The position numbers were made by a program, and so were the translations under genes. From Octopus sinensis (Eukaryota), in NCBI RefSeq assembly GCF_006345805.1, contig NC_043009.1, forward strand, positions 59,086,001 to 59,150,000: a DNA stretch of 64,000 bases, in the 5' to 3' direction. Below, piece after piece: positions 51,501-64,000 of this stretch (within the stretch, counting starts at the first letter, position 1; every line of letters begins with the position of its first letter). The notes beneath the pieces are model-generated. The model was not told where the DNA came from. It saw only the letters and a program-made list of their open reading frames with translations, and made no database searches.

Positions 51501-54084
51501 GGACAAGAGAAATATAAAAGTGTCCGATGTATAAAAAAATCAGCGGCGAATTAGCGACACCAAACTTGATAGACCGACATTTCAATCAGAAAATGTTCAT
51601 CGCTCAGTAACTTAGAACATTTTCAGGCAAATAAGGAACGAGGTCAATAATTTTGAAGAGTGAGGGTTAGTGAATACCATAGTATTTGATTTTTGCTCTA
51701 TTTAGTCGATTGTGAAAGAGTAGAAAAAAAAACGTTGATCGCAGAACCTTTAAATTGAAACCTGAAAGCAGAGGAGAAAAAAAAAATTGTCGAAAAATCT
51801 TTGGGGGAGAGACGCTTCAACGGTTCAGGCAGTTTGCAGACCAGGAAACCTCGTGTAAATATGAAGTTATAAATGTTATCATGTCATAAATATATAACAT
51901 GTTATATTTTATTATGATCTCTATTTACAGTCAAGAGAACTGAGACCATATCCTGTTAAGTATCGTTACAATGTGTACAGTGCAGTCGTGCTGATGTGAT
52001 ATGGCAAACCGTTCGTCCTTTAAGCAGTTGATCATAAGATAATCTATTCCCTCAAACAGCTGACACTTTGCAGTAATAAACACTGTTTAGTGACGAGTGG
52101 TTTACTTCTTTATAATCTGAGGACTTACATAAGGATTTAAGTTTTTGTCTCAAACGTTTATTGGAGAGAATTTTGTAGAAATAGAGATTAACTTCTGATA
52201 GACAATATGGCCGCCGTTTCAATTTTCAGTTGACGGAAAACCACACTTTACAACTTGCATGATTGCTGTTGTTGTTGATGTTGTAGTTGAGGCTGCTACT
52301 GCTGCTGTTTTTATTGCCCTTAGTCTTGATCAATTTCAGTGACGCAGATTTATAATCAAAGACATTCCAACCATGACCATGACGTTTATTCAGTCATATC
52401 TGTACCAAGCTACATTATCTTAAACATCATTATTGAAAACATCCTCACCTTTTTCATATATATCCAAAACAGAAAGAAAGTACATGAATCAAAATGGCTG
52501 TCGTACCGTTTTGCAAACTAAATAAGAGAACCGTAACTTTGTTTCTTCTTCCTTTTTCCAGAAAGTTGATTCGATGCACACGCTTCCCTATTGACAATTA
52601 ATGAATTGAGGACGAAACTATATCTACGTGATATCACAACTTGCTAGAAATTTCAGACCAATGTGTCTTAAATCATAGTGTAACTTATTTTTGAAAAGAA
52701 GGATAGATGGAATGGTGCAGAGCAAGATGAAAAATTAAGCATCTCTAAAGCTTGGATGGTCATGGATGGAATTATTTTCATCATCATAGGTCTGCATTAT
52801 GAGGGCTGACTTTGTATGAAACAGCCATAGAAATAACAACACCCACTTCTAGAGTTCGTGACCGGGATTAAATTGTAGATATCAATATTAATTTAAAACC
52901 TAGGATGACCTTGTGAAATAAAGGTCGTGAGTAGCAAAGTCGATAAAACATTGAAATGAATAACATAATTTATTTATTCCTACTCTCGGCACTCTGAGTT
53001 CGAATCCCACCGAGGTCAGTTTTTTTGCTGCGATATTTCTCGGACAGTAAACAACTAAAATATCAGTCAAAATATTTTTCTTCTTTTTCTTCTTCCTTCT
53101 GCTCTTTCTTTCTCCTCTCTTCCTTCTTCCCGTTCACCTTCATCATCTCCACATTCTCCTTCACCTTCTTTTCACTCTCTTTTTATGCTACCTTTTTCTT
53201 TCTCTGTCTCTCTTCTCTCCCTCTCCTCCTCCTTCTCTCTCATTCTTCTTCTCCCCCCCTTCTCTCTCCCTCTATTCCAGTCTGCAACGTTGCGCCATGC
53301 GAAATGTCGCAAAGGACCGCTAATAGTCTCCCATTCGCCAGAAATGGAGTCGCAATAAATGATTGTCTGAAAGCATTTCTCATAGAATCACTTTATATGT
53401 TACTGGAATTATCTGACAACGGAGCGATGCGCAATACGGTGCCAAACGGAAATAGAGAAGAAAGAAGAAGAAAGAAGACATACTGTTGAAATTTAAACGG
53501 TTTCAGGTATATTGCCACCCGAGAATTTAAATAATTAATGAAAGAATATACTTTATAATATTAAGTTTTCTCTTGTTAGGTTCAGGACTAAATGTTGCTC
53601 GGTTGAACGGAGATATGGGTGTTTGATTCTCTTTCACTCTCCACCATCCCCTCTCAACTGTCTCTCACTATTTCTCTCTCTCTTTCTCTCTCTTTCTCTC
53701 TCCCAGCTATCTTATTCCTAACGGTTTTGTGACTATAATTACCATTAATACATTGGGGGCGATTCAGTAGGCTATCTACCCCATCGCCGGTGAAAATTTT
53801 GGCCTCCTTCCGAATCAGAAGAAATCAATATTTTTCTAAATTCTAGACAGATATTTGGCCTCTAGTTATTGATGAAATAAACTCTATGTATTATTCATTG
53901 CATAAATATAGAGGACATTGAATGTAAAAACCGGTGGAGCAACAGATAAACATTCTTGTGCTATTTTTAGTTACAGCTTCTTATGTTCGGAATTCTTCGT
54001 TCAAATCCTGTTCAGGCTTTATAAAATATACCATCTGTCTCATGCGCTCAGTAATTTCTGATATTAAGGCGTTGATTAAGAAGG

Positions 54085-54635
54085 CGAACTGGCATTTCAT
54101 TCCTTGTTTTGGTCTCGGTTCAAATTCCGCCGAGGTCGATTTTGCCTTTTATCCTGTCAGGTTCGATAAATTAATTACCAGTTGAACACTGTGGCGGGTA
54201 GGGGGGCAATGTACTCGACTTAACCTCTCCCCAAAACCTACTGGTCTTGTGCCAAAATTTGAACCCAATATTAAGACGGCGTTCTGGAAGAATCTTTAGT
54301 ATACCGGGGAAAATGCATTGCGGCATTACGTCCGTCTTCATGGTCAGAGTTCAGATTCCCGCAGCGTCAAATTTGCTTTTCATCTTTTCAGGGTCGATAA
54401 AATATGTACTAGTTGGGTACCGAGATTGATGTAATCGACATACTCTTCCTCTGAAATTGCTGGCCTTGTGCTAATATTTGAAAACAATAATTTGTAATAT
54501 CGTTTACTTTCGAGACGGTGAACTGACAAATCTTTAGTACGTGGGGTAAAATGCTTAGCAGTATTTCGTCTGCCTTTACGTTGTGAGTTCAAATTCTGCC
54601 AAGCTCGACTTTGACTTACATCTTTTCGGGGTCCA
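54085..54635 (+). mobile_element. Three head-to-tail old monomeric SINE family B variants
   Basis: B-box/core at ~54117, ~54347 and ~54586; tails GTGCCAAAATTTGAAC and GTGCTAATATTTGAAA. Confidence 0.75.
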
Positions 54636-55506
54636 TTAATCCATGAAGCGTTAGGATTAGCACTTATATAGCATGGACTGCTGAGCACATTTTATGAAAA
54701 TGAGACTGCCATACACACATAAAGAACAAAAAATAGTTAAAATATCTTCTTGGTATATAATGGTGGAAAGTTTTACAACATCTGAAAAATAATTAGCTGA
54801 ACTATTAGTCCTCTTGCATTCTGAGGAGTAACGGAGCGTTTGGGTGATATTAGACTCCAACAAACGCCCATAAAGTGAATGCATCTACCTGGGCCAAGAT
54901 CGTGGCCTGTCAACTTGTGACTGACGGTCAAGATCGTCGCCCGTCCCGCTTTGTATTAATAAAGAACCAACTGATCAATGGAGTCCACCACAATCCCCTG
55001 AAAATTGCCTTCATTGGGCCAAAATTTGTAACTAATATTACAAAACCTCAAACTTTTGCTTCCCATCTAAGAAATCTCTGTTAGACTAACGTACGTACAG
55101 TGGCGTTAGAAAGAGCAGATAAATGCATAAGGTAATTGCATTTAAGTATTGACTTAAATCTCAAGGTAGTTCAAATTGCTTTTAATCCTTTCGGATTCAG
55201 TCATTTAGTGATCCTAAACAATATTTGCTCTTGTGCAAATAATTGCATCAGGGTTTGTCACAATTTTACGAAATATATCAGGAAAGTTAGCAATTTTAGG
55301 AAAGGAGAAATTCTATCACATTCACCTCATAACTTGACTAGTACTTTCTATTATCCACACCATTGAACTCATACATATAGTGTTGGCTGTGTTGTTCTAT
55401 CTTCCTCCCCACTGCATGGCACCTTCACAGGTACCTTCCACTATAGCTTCGGACTGACAAAAGCCTTGTGAGTTGATTTAGTGAACGGAAGCTGAAAGAA
55501 TCCCGT

Positions 55507-55546
<40 letters not shown>

Positions 55547-55922
55547 CGTTTCACTCACAATGTATTGTTTAAGGCTGCAGTAGAAGATACTTCCCCGAAG
55601 GTGTTACGCAAGGTGACTGGATCGGAAACCACATATTTGGCAACGAATTTCTAAGCCACATGGCCATGTCTGCGAACTTTCAATATCTTGACCAGGTTCT
55701 ACGTTGTATTCTTGATCAAAAAGCTTCATCTCATGTTGCGCTGCTATCACTTCGACACCTGACGTGTGTATCTGTTCAGGCAACGTTGATCAGATGCAGA
55801 GGAGTGACAGAACTGGTACTTAATTTATTAACCTCAAAAGGATAAAGGGTATAGTAGAAGCAATAGAGGAAGACACCCATGAAGGTGCCATGCAGTGGGG
55901 CTGAAGCTAGACAACACAACCA

Positions 55923-55958
<36 letters not shown>

Positions 55959-55959
55959 T

Positions 55960-56885
55960 AAATTGAACTCAGAACATAACGGCAGACGAAATACCTATTT
56001 CTATTTCTTTACTACCCACCAGAGGCTAAACACAGAGGACAAACAAGGACAGACAAATGGATTAAGTCGATTATATCGACCCCAGTGCGTAACTGGTACT
56101 CAATTTATCGACCCCGAAAGGACGAAAGGCAAAGTCAACCTCGGCGGAATTTGAACTCAGAACCTAACGGCAGATGAAATACCTATTTCTTTATTGCCCA
56201 CAAGAGGCTAAACATAGAGGGGACATACAAGGACAAACAAGGCAGACGAAATACCTATTTCTTTACTATCCACAAGGGGCTAAACACAGAGAGGACAAAC
56301 AAGGACAGACAAACGGATTAAGTATATTATATCGACCCCAGTGCGTAACTGGTGCTTATTTAATCGACCCCGAAAGGATGAAAGGCGGAATTTGAACTCA
56401 GAACGTAGCGGCAGACGAAATACCGCTTAGTATTTCACCCGGTCTGCTAACGATTCTGCCAGCTCGCCGCCTTTTTAAATTCCTAAACGGATTAAGTCGA
56501 TTACATCGATCCCAGTGTATAACTGATACTTAATTCATCGACCCCGAAAGGATGAAAGGCAAAGTCAACCTCGGTGGAATTTGAACTCAGAAGGTAACGG
56601 CAGAAGAAATACAGCTAAGCATTTCGCCCGGCGTGCTAACGTTTCTGCCAGCTCGCCACCTTCGTAAAGACAAACGAAATATCGCTAAGCATTTCCTCCG
56701 GCGTGCTAAAGTTTCTGCCAGCTCGTCACCTTAAAATTGAGTAATATTCTTTTCTTTTTCCTACTCAATCACAAGGCCCAAAATTGGGAGGGGGAGAGCA
56801 GTCGGTTAGATCGACCACAGTATGCAACTGGTACTTGATTTATCGACCCACGAAAGGATGAAAGGCAAAGTCGACCTCGGCGAAA
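55960..56885 (-). mobile_element. Cluster of SINE family B modules with three heads
   Basis: Heads end at ~56470, ~56660 and ~56730; several full and partial modules at 55960-56400; tail piece at 56755-56885. Confidence 0.9.
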
Positions 56886-56991
56886 ACTGAGTAATATCAC
56901 GACAGGTTGGCGTCACGTCGAGTGGGTAATATATATGTCCACAGAATTTCGAAGACTACTCATGAGCCTTAGTGCACGAGAAGGGTTACCC

Positions 56992-57198
56992 TTTCTCTTT
57001 TACTCTTTTACTTGTTTCAGTCATTTGACTACGGCCATGCTGGAGCACAGCCTTTAGTCGAGCAAATCGACCCCGGGACTTATTCTTTGTAAGGTCAGTA
57101 CTTATTCTATCGGTCTCTTTTGCCGAACCGCTAAGTTAGGGGGACGTAAACACACCAGCATCGGTTGTCAAGCAATGCTAGGGGACAAAAACAGACAG

Positions 57199-57229
<31 letters not shown>

Positions 57230-57398
57230 ATACATATATACGACAGGATTCTTTCAGTTTCCGTCTACCAAATCCACTCACAAGGCATTGGTCGGCCCGG
57301 GGATATAGCAGAAGACACTTGCCCAAGATGCCACTCAGTGGGACTGAACCCGGAACCATGTGGTTGGTTAGCAAGCTACTTACCACACAGCCACTCCT
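56992..57398 (-). mobile_element. SINE family A, full length
   Basis: Reverse complement of the complete consensus. Confidence 0.94.
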
Positions 57399-57719
57399 TC
57401 ACTTTTTGTATTTGTTTAATTTTATATTATTTTATTTGAAATTTTCAATTTCTTAAAATATGTACCTCGCTTCTCAACAAACATCGTTACTCAAATGCAT
57501 GCAACCATTGGCACGGTACACGAAAGTTGGTCCAACCAGGCTTTGTTGGAAGCAGTGTTAACTGCATTATTTTGAATTCCTATGAATATTTTAATCATAT
57601 GAAATATATTTATTTAAAAACTGACGATCGATGCCAAGATATCACCGTGAAAACATGACAGATTGTATTTTCGCAGTAAGACTGAGTAAGTTGCTGTAGA
57701 TGAGTGACACATCCACATC

Positions 57720-57725
57720 AATATA

Positions 57726-57768
<43 letters not shown>

Positions 57769-57997
57769 ATATATATATATATTGTGTGTGTGGTGTGTGT
57801 ATACATATATATAATATATATAAATATATTATATATATATATACATATATATATTCATATATATACATATATACATATTATATACATATACATATATATA
57901 CATATATATGCACATATTCTTTTATATATATATATATATATATATGTGTATGTATATAAACTCACATACATACGCATGCACATACATATAGATATAC

Positions 57998-58028
<31 letters not shown>

Positions 58029-58031
58029 GAT

Positions 58032-58083
<52 letters not shown>

Positions 58084-59016
58084 GATATAATATAGATATA
58101 TATGTATATATATAAATGTATATATATATATATATTATATAAATTGTTGCGTATATATATATGTGCTTATAAACGCATATATACGTGCACATTAAAATAT
58201 ATATGCGTAGTGTGTTGCCTTTATGTGTGTGTGTGTGTGTGTGTACGTGCGTGCATGTGTGTGCATGCATGTAGCTGGTGTGTGTGTGTGTGTGCATGTA
58301 GCTGTGTGGCCGTGAAGATAGAAGCTAAGTGTTTACTCTCATTCAGAACTTCAAAGTAATAAATGTTTGTAAGAATTAATCATATAGAAAGCTGCTTGTT
58401 TTCTCTACAGACATACTACAATTATATTTTATGCTCTTTACTTTGGAGGGAGAGAAAAACACTTGTGCAAATGAAAACGTATTTAAGAATTTGATATCTA
58501 TACATACATACATACATATATATACATATATATATATATATACATGTATGGATGTATATGTACTTATATAAGTACCTGTTTATGTTCCTATATATATATA
58601 TATATGCGTGGGAGAGCGATGGATAAAGAGAAGATGTACGTATAAGAAGTTTTGCAAAATATGCGTTTATGCGCATGAACGGGTTTTTCATACCGACTAA
58701 CAATTCACACTCTATTTACACACAGAGGCTTGTATTTCTTTGTATGTATGTATGTATGTATGTATGTATGTATGTATGTATGTATGTATGTATGTATGTA
58801 TGTATGTATGTATGTGTGTATGTATGTATGTATGTTTGTATGTATGTATGTATTTATGTATGTATGTATGCATGTATGTATGTGCGTGTGAATGAATTTA
58901 TGTATTTAAGTATTTATGCGTGTATGTGCATATCAATGTAAGCGTGTATTTTTCACATGTAATTTATATATCGGTTAAACATACAATAAACATTTATGTA
59001 ATATGCATATATTTGT

Positions 59017-59065
<49 letters not shown>

Positions 59066-59163
59066 GTGTGTGTGAGTGTGTGTATTTATAGGTTCAAATA
59101 TATCTATCTATATATATTTATATTTAATTAGGTATGTGTGTAATAAACAGATAGATAAATTCC

Positions 59164-59202
<39 letters not shown>

Positions 59203-59447
59203 TATATATATATGTCAATCCACCTGTCAGTGTATGTGTGTATATGTGGTTGTGTTTCTGTGTTGTTTGCTGTATACACAAGCATACAGGCATGCACACG
59301 GGTTTCAGCTTCTTTGTGGATGTAAGCGTCTATTTTTGTTCTGACAATCTGTATGTTTATCGCAATCATTTTTAAGCATCGCACACTGACACATGCACCA
59401 TGCACTGCCTGCACATACATGTATGTATAACGCGTACGACTATGCCT

Positions 59448-59488
<41 letters not shown>

Positions 59489-59597
59489 TATATATATATG
59501 GTGGTGTGTATGTGTATGTGTGTGTGTGTGTGTGTGCTATGAATCTATTCTCCTTTGTTGTATATAATTACCCCATATCTAACTATATGTACATAAC

Positions 59598-59634
<37 letters not shown>

Positions 59635-60359
59635 TACATATTATCTTTGTTGTGTGCAATTACAGAAGATCTAACAATGTGTGTGAGCATGTGTTTATAT
59701 GCATACGTACACACACATACATATATAACACCACACACACATATATATCTATATATCTACTATATATATCATATATATATATATATATATATAATATATA
59801 TACGTACATATATATATATATATAATCCCTCGCATACACAGATGTGTATGTCTTTTACTATGCGTGTGTAACTATTATGCATAATTATTGCGCAACAGGG
59901 CCTTTGTATCATCCCAGTGTGTGTGATGATAATAATAATTGTGGATGCGATTATCCAACACAAAACATATTAAATGCTATGGTCTGTGTGTTTCACCAGA
60001 ATTTCAGATGCTGGGATAATGTTCTTTGTACGTCTAAGTATTTGTGCTCATATAAGAAGTGCGTGTTTGTGTAAAGTGCGTGGTTTGTATAACAGACTAT
60101 CTTTGTGTGAATGTGTGTATGTGGGTCTATAATTATATTTCTGTTTGTGCAATTATATATGCAAATCCGAAACTATTATATAGATTATGTGTGTGTGTGT
60201 CTGTGTGTGTGTTTGTGAACATTTAGATATATTTTGTGTGGTAATTCATAAACAATCCCGCCCGCACACACACATCGACACACACAGATGTACGTATATG
60301 TGTTAGGCATACCCATGCACCCATACACACACACATATATATAAAAATACACATGCACC

Positions 60360-60393
<34 letters not shown>

Positions 60394-60480
60394 TACTTGC
60401 ATACATGCATATATACATATATATACATCTATCTATTTATTTATCTATCTATCTATATCACTCTCTTTCTGTCTATATAC

Positions 60481-60542
<62 letters not shown>

Positions 60543-60557
60543 TATATATATATATAC

Positions 60558-60601
<44 letters not shown>

Positions 60602-60660
60602 TATATTATATATACATACATATAATTTAATCAATATGTATATTTAGCATTTACATACAT
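57720..60660. repeat. Dense field of (TA)n, (TG)n and (GTAT)n arrays with short unique spacers
   Basis: Read directly. Confidence 0.9.
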
Positions 60661-61009
60661 CTATAAATATACATACCCACATTCGTATACATATTTATAT
60701 ATGTTGTGAGGGAGGGAGAGAGAGATAGAGAAAGAGAGAGGGAGAGAAAGAGCTAATGACGTAACTGTTTTGATACAGAGACACATGTGGATGTATATGC
60801 GCATATATATTTACTTTTGCGTATATATAAATATGTGAGGATGTGTATGCGTGCGTTTCTTGACTTTGTTTTGAAACCATCTGATGGTAGTATGTATTTT
60901 GATAGGGGGGAGAGGAGAGAGGAGAAGAAAATGAGAAGGCGGAGAAGGAAAATTAATAGAAGTTCGTAAATACGATAATAGCGGGAGGAAAAGAAGGAAA
61001 GTGACTCGA

Positions 61010-61390
61010 GTGATTGAGTGAATGAGTGAGTGAGTGACTGTGTGACTGAGTGACTGGGTAAGTGAGTGAGTGACTGGGTAAGTGAGTGAGTGAGTGAGTG
61101 ACTGGGTGAGTGAGTGAGAGAGTGTGTGTGTTGTGTGTGTGTGTGAGTCAGTCAGTCAGTCACTTCGTTAGGGAGTGTGTTAGGGAGAAAGAGAAGGGGA
61201 GGAGGGAGAGAGAGCGGGGGGAGAGGGAGGGGAGTCAGAGAGAGGAGGGAGAGAGTGAAAGAGAGAGGTGGAAGGATGAAGAGAGGGAGGCAACGAGGGA
61301 AAGGGAGAGGGCGCAATGGAAGAAGGCTAAGAAACGTATGGTGGGACGAAGGGACGGGTGGATTGATGGAGTGTATGTGCATGAGTGGAG

Positions 61391-61428
<38 letters not shown>

Positions 61429-61450
61429 GTGAGTGAGTGACTGAGTCTTA
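61010..61450 (+). repeat. (GAGT)n, GA-rich purine tract and (GATT)n
   Basis: Read directly. Confidence 0.9.
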
Positions 61451-61904
61451 CAATCTCATACACGACTTCACATTTATTTCGTAGTTGGCGGAGTTTGCAA
61501 GAGTGTGTGTGTGTGTATGTGTGTGTGTGTGAATGCGTAACTGAGTGTGTTAGTGATTAACTGAGTGAGTGAGAAAGATATAGTGAAGTAATGTGTGAGA
61601 TTCAGTTGGTGATAGGAAAAAATAGGGATGTTTTCATAGACAGAATATTTAATGCACCGAAGAAGAGAGATAAATAGCATAGACAGGATTTAGGTCAAAT
61701 ATGAAATTATTTATTTATAATATATAGTAATTTATGAACTATTGTAATGGATTATGCTAATGTCTTTCTTTTACGTGATGGTTAAGGAGTTGATTTTGGA
61801 AAATACAAGAAGTTAATCACATGAAATGAATATCGAAAGGTACTTTTTACTGCAAACACCGCAAACTTTTATGGAGGATATCACCGCCACATTGAAAAAA
61901 AATA

Positions 61905-62062
61905 GGCGTAGGAGTGGCTGTGTGGTAAGTAGCTTGCTTACGAACCACATGGTTCCGGGTTCACTTGGGCAAGTGTCTTCTACTATAGCCTCGGGCCGAC
62001 CAAAGCCTTGTGAGTGGATTTGGTAGACGGAAACTGAAAGAAGCCCGTCGTATATATATATG

Positions 62063-62097
<35 letters not shown>

Positions 62098-62315
62098 ATG
62101 TGTGTATATGTTTGTGTTTGTTCCCCCCAAATCGCTTGACAACCGATGCTGGTGTGTTTACGTCCCCGTAACTTAGCGGTTCGGCAAAAGAGATCGATAG
62201 AATAAGTACTAGGCTTACAAAGAATAAGTCCTGGGGTCGATTTGATCGACTAAAAAGGCGGTGCTCCAGCTTGGCCACAGTGAAATGACTGAAACAAGTA
62301 AAAGTGTAAAGAGTA
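61905..62315 (+). mobile_element. SINE family A with a ~17-nt head deletion
   Basis: GGGTTCA joined to CTTGGGCAAG at ~61963; remainder intact. Confidence 0.93.
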
Positions 62316-62759
62316 CCCGTTACGTTAAATAAGCAGCCGGCTACATAACAAAAGGGAAACGAAAAAAGGTTTCGTTAGCAAATTCGATGAAATATTTCAG
62401 TACAGACAACGCCAGAGGGAAGCGTAGGAAATGATGCAGTGTGTAATACAGGAACAGATTAGAACATTCCGGCTTGGAATTGGACAAGAGCGAGTACAAA
62501 CAACCAATCAGAGCAGGTCATTAAGGATTTTGGTCATATTCAAGCAAATCCCTTAAATGATGCCAAAGAGGGATTGGCATCGATGCTAAGCTCCGTGAGG
62601 GACTAACACTGACAACTGTGGATTAGCAGGAAAATTCAAGGCGTGATGTTATCAGAATAGTTTTGATTTTCCTGGTCCATTGAGTAAATCCAAGTGCTTC
62701 GTATACTGCTGTGAAAGATAAAGGGATTAGGAAAGTGAGCGAAGAAGATTTTATGAATG

Positions 62760-63120
62760 TGATATTGCGTGTAGCTATACTTCACACGAATTGGGCTGTA
62801 AAACTTCAATTATCTCCAACATCGCTGATAGAATCGTTGAGATGAGAAAATATTATACTGTTGGATTCTGAGGGATCAAATTTCCGTTCGTATCAATCTG
62901 TAGTTTTGATACAAAGGAAACTGAGTTGGAGAAACGTTGTTGAAATAGCGGAGACCAGCCTGGAAAGGAACGAGTTAACTGGATATAAACATGATACCCC
63001 AATTAGAGTGGTACAAATGCAAAGAAGAGGCATCTCTTCAGAATTACAAAAGAAAACTGGATATTGTAACGAGAGTAAATTTACCAAATTACAGAAGCAG
63101 ATCCAGAAACAAAAATGATA
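62760..63120 (+). mobile_element. Possible degraded Ty3/Gypsy gag remnant
   Basis: ELGCK..NIADRIVE and RKLSWRNVVEIAETSLE loosely resemble gag LA..C.F / IRDRIV / LT...A.EIA...E; weak. Confidence 0.3.
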
Positions 63121-63579
63121 CAGTTAGGAATTTAATGTAGATGGGCCTCAAAAGAAGCCGCAGAGAGAAGAAATCTATCGGGGGTGTATGAAGAATAGAA
63201 CCATCCAGTGTTCGATTCTTCGTGAGATCATACTGTAAGTTTTATTTCTGGCTAATATTAAATAATAGCCAGGATCGACATCCTCTAGTAATACACGGCC
63301 CGCATGTATTACTAGAGAATCTTCTGACAGCCTCCCTAACAAAATATGCATAGTGACACATCCAAGATTGAAAATTCGTGCTAATGCACAAGATTAACGA
63401 CTCAGAATCAGTAAGTCAATAAGAATCCAGATTAGGCTGAATATAATGCTTTTGTATAGGCAAAAGGACAAGCTCCAGGTTTCTGAATAGTGTTTATCAT
63501 TTCAAAGTACGAGTAGTGTTAAAGAAGGCGTTTTTACGGTCAAGCTTTATTGCAATGTTAAACTATGTTCTGATTTTCT

Positions 63580-63848
63580 CTTGTCTTGTCTTGAGACAGC
63601 ATTCACCTGGGGTGGGTTGAGCTGGCTTAATTCATCCTCAATGCTGCATCACTCACAAACACCGACCAGGCCTGGCGATTTGAGGTTAAAGACCGCGTGA
63701 TCTCCAACCACTCCTTATTCCAGCGGCGAACGCCGTAGACATGGGGGCCTAGGTTGGGTTCCAGATCAGCCTTGACTGTCATCAGCCAGGTTTTTCGTTG
63801 TCCAACACATCGCTTTCACCAACCCTGAAGGGGTGCTGGGGCAACTGC
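63580..63848 (-). mobile_element. 5'-truncated RTE-clade LINE 3' end with (CAAGA)n tail and a perfect 12-bp TSD
   Basis: Minus strand GQRKTWLMTVKADLEPNLGPHVYGVRRWNKEWLEITRSLTSNRQAWS; TTCTGATTTTCT at 63568-63579 and 63849-63860. Confidence 0.9.
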
Positions 63849-64000
63849 TTCTGATTTTCTGATAGAGTTTAACCTCAGAATATTAAATGCTCTGCGATTA
63901 TATAGTTAACAGTTCCTTGGGAAGACAATTAAGAATTTGGTACAGAAAAAGAAGGCTTTAAAAAATAATTGAGGCACGAAGATGACAGTGTTCAATATTT

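Noticed and set aside
51589-51624. 10-bp inverted repeat GAAAATGTTC/GAACATTTTC
   Set aside because: Short and AT-rich; expected by chance in 64 kb.
53281-53489. Open frame after a strong polypyrimidine/CAG
   Set aside because: The pyrimidine tract is a CT-rich low-complexity repeat; the peptide is unrecognised and ends in a purine repeat.

Overview
AT-rich, repeat-dominated non-coding eukaryotic DNA with one 100-N assembly gap. The SINE families and dense (TA)n/(CA)n/(CATA)n/(AAT)n/(CAT)n arrays look like an Octopus genome; this is an inference from recalled repeat families, not a search result. I found no confidently identifiable host protein gene, and nearly all ORFs in the track are microsatellite read-throughs. 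The window holds four tRNA-derived SINE families (labelled A-D here), which together account for more than 25 copies or fragments. It also holds remnants of R4/Dong-like and other RLE LINEs, CR1 and RTE LINE 3' ends, a Penelope-like RT, several Tc1/mariner remnants, a TIR-bounded 346-bp element and a 1.5-kb tandem duplication. The best novel signal is a type I hammerhead ribozyme with a complete catalytic core (minus strand, 44567-44630). It sits in a ~350-bp ORF-less unit bounded by 15-bp direct repeats, a candidate retrozyme or solo Penelope-like pLTR. A second highlight is an apparent (AAT)n-targeting system: Dong-like LINE fragments plus a 475-bp ORF-less element nested in (AAT)n. Boundaries of degraded elements are approximate.
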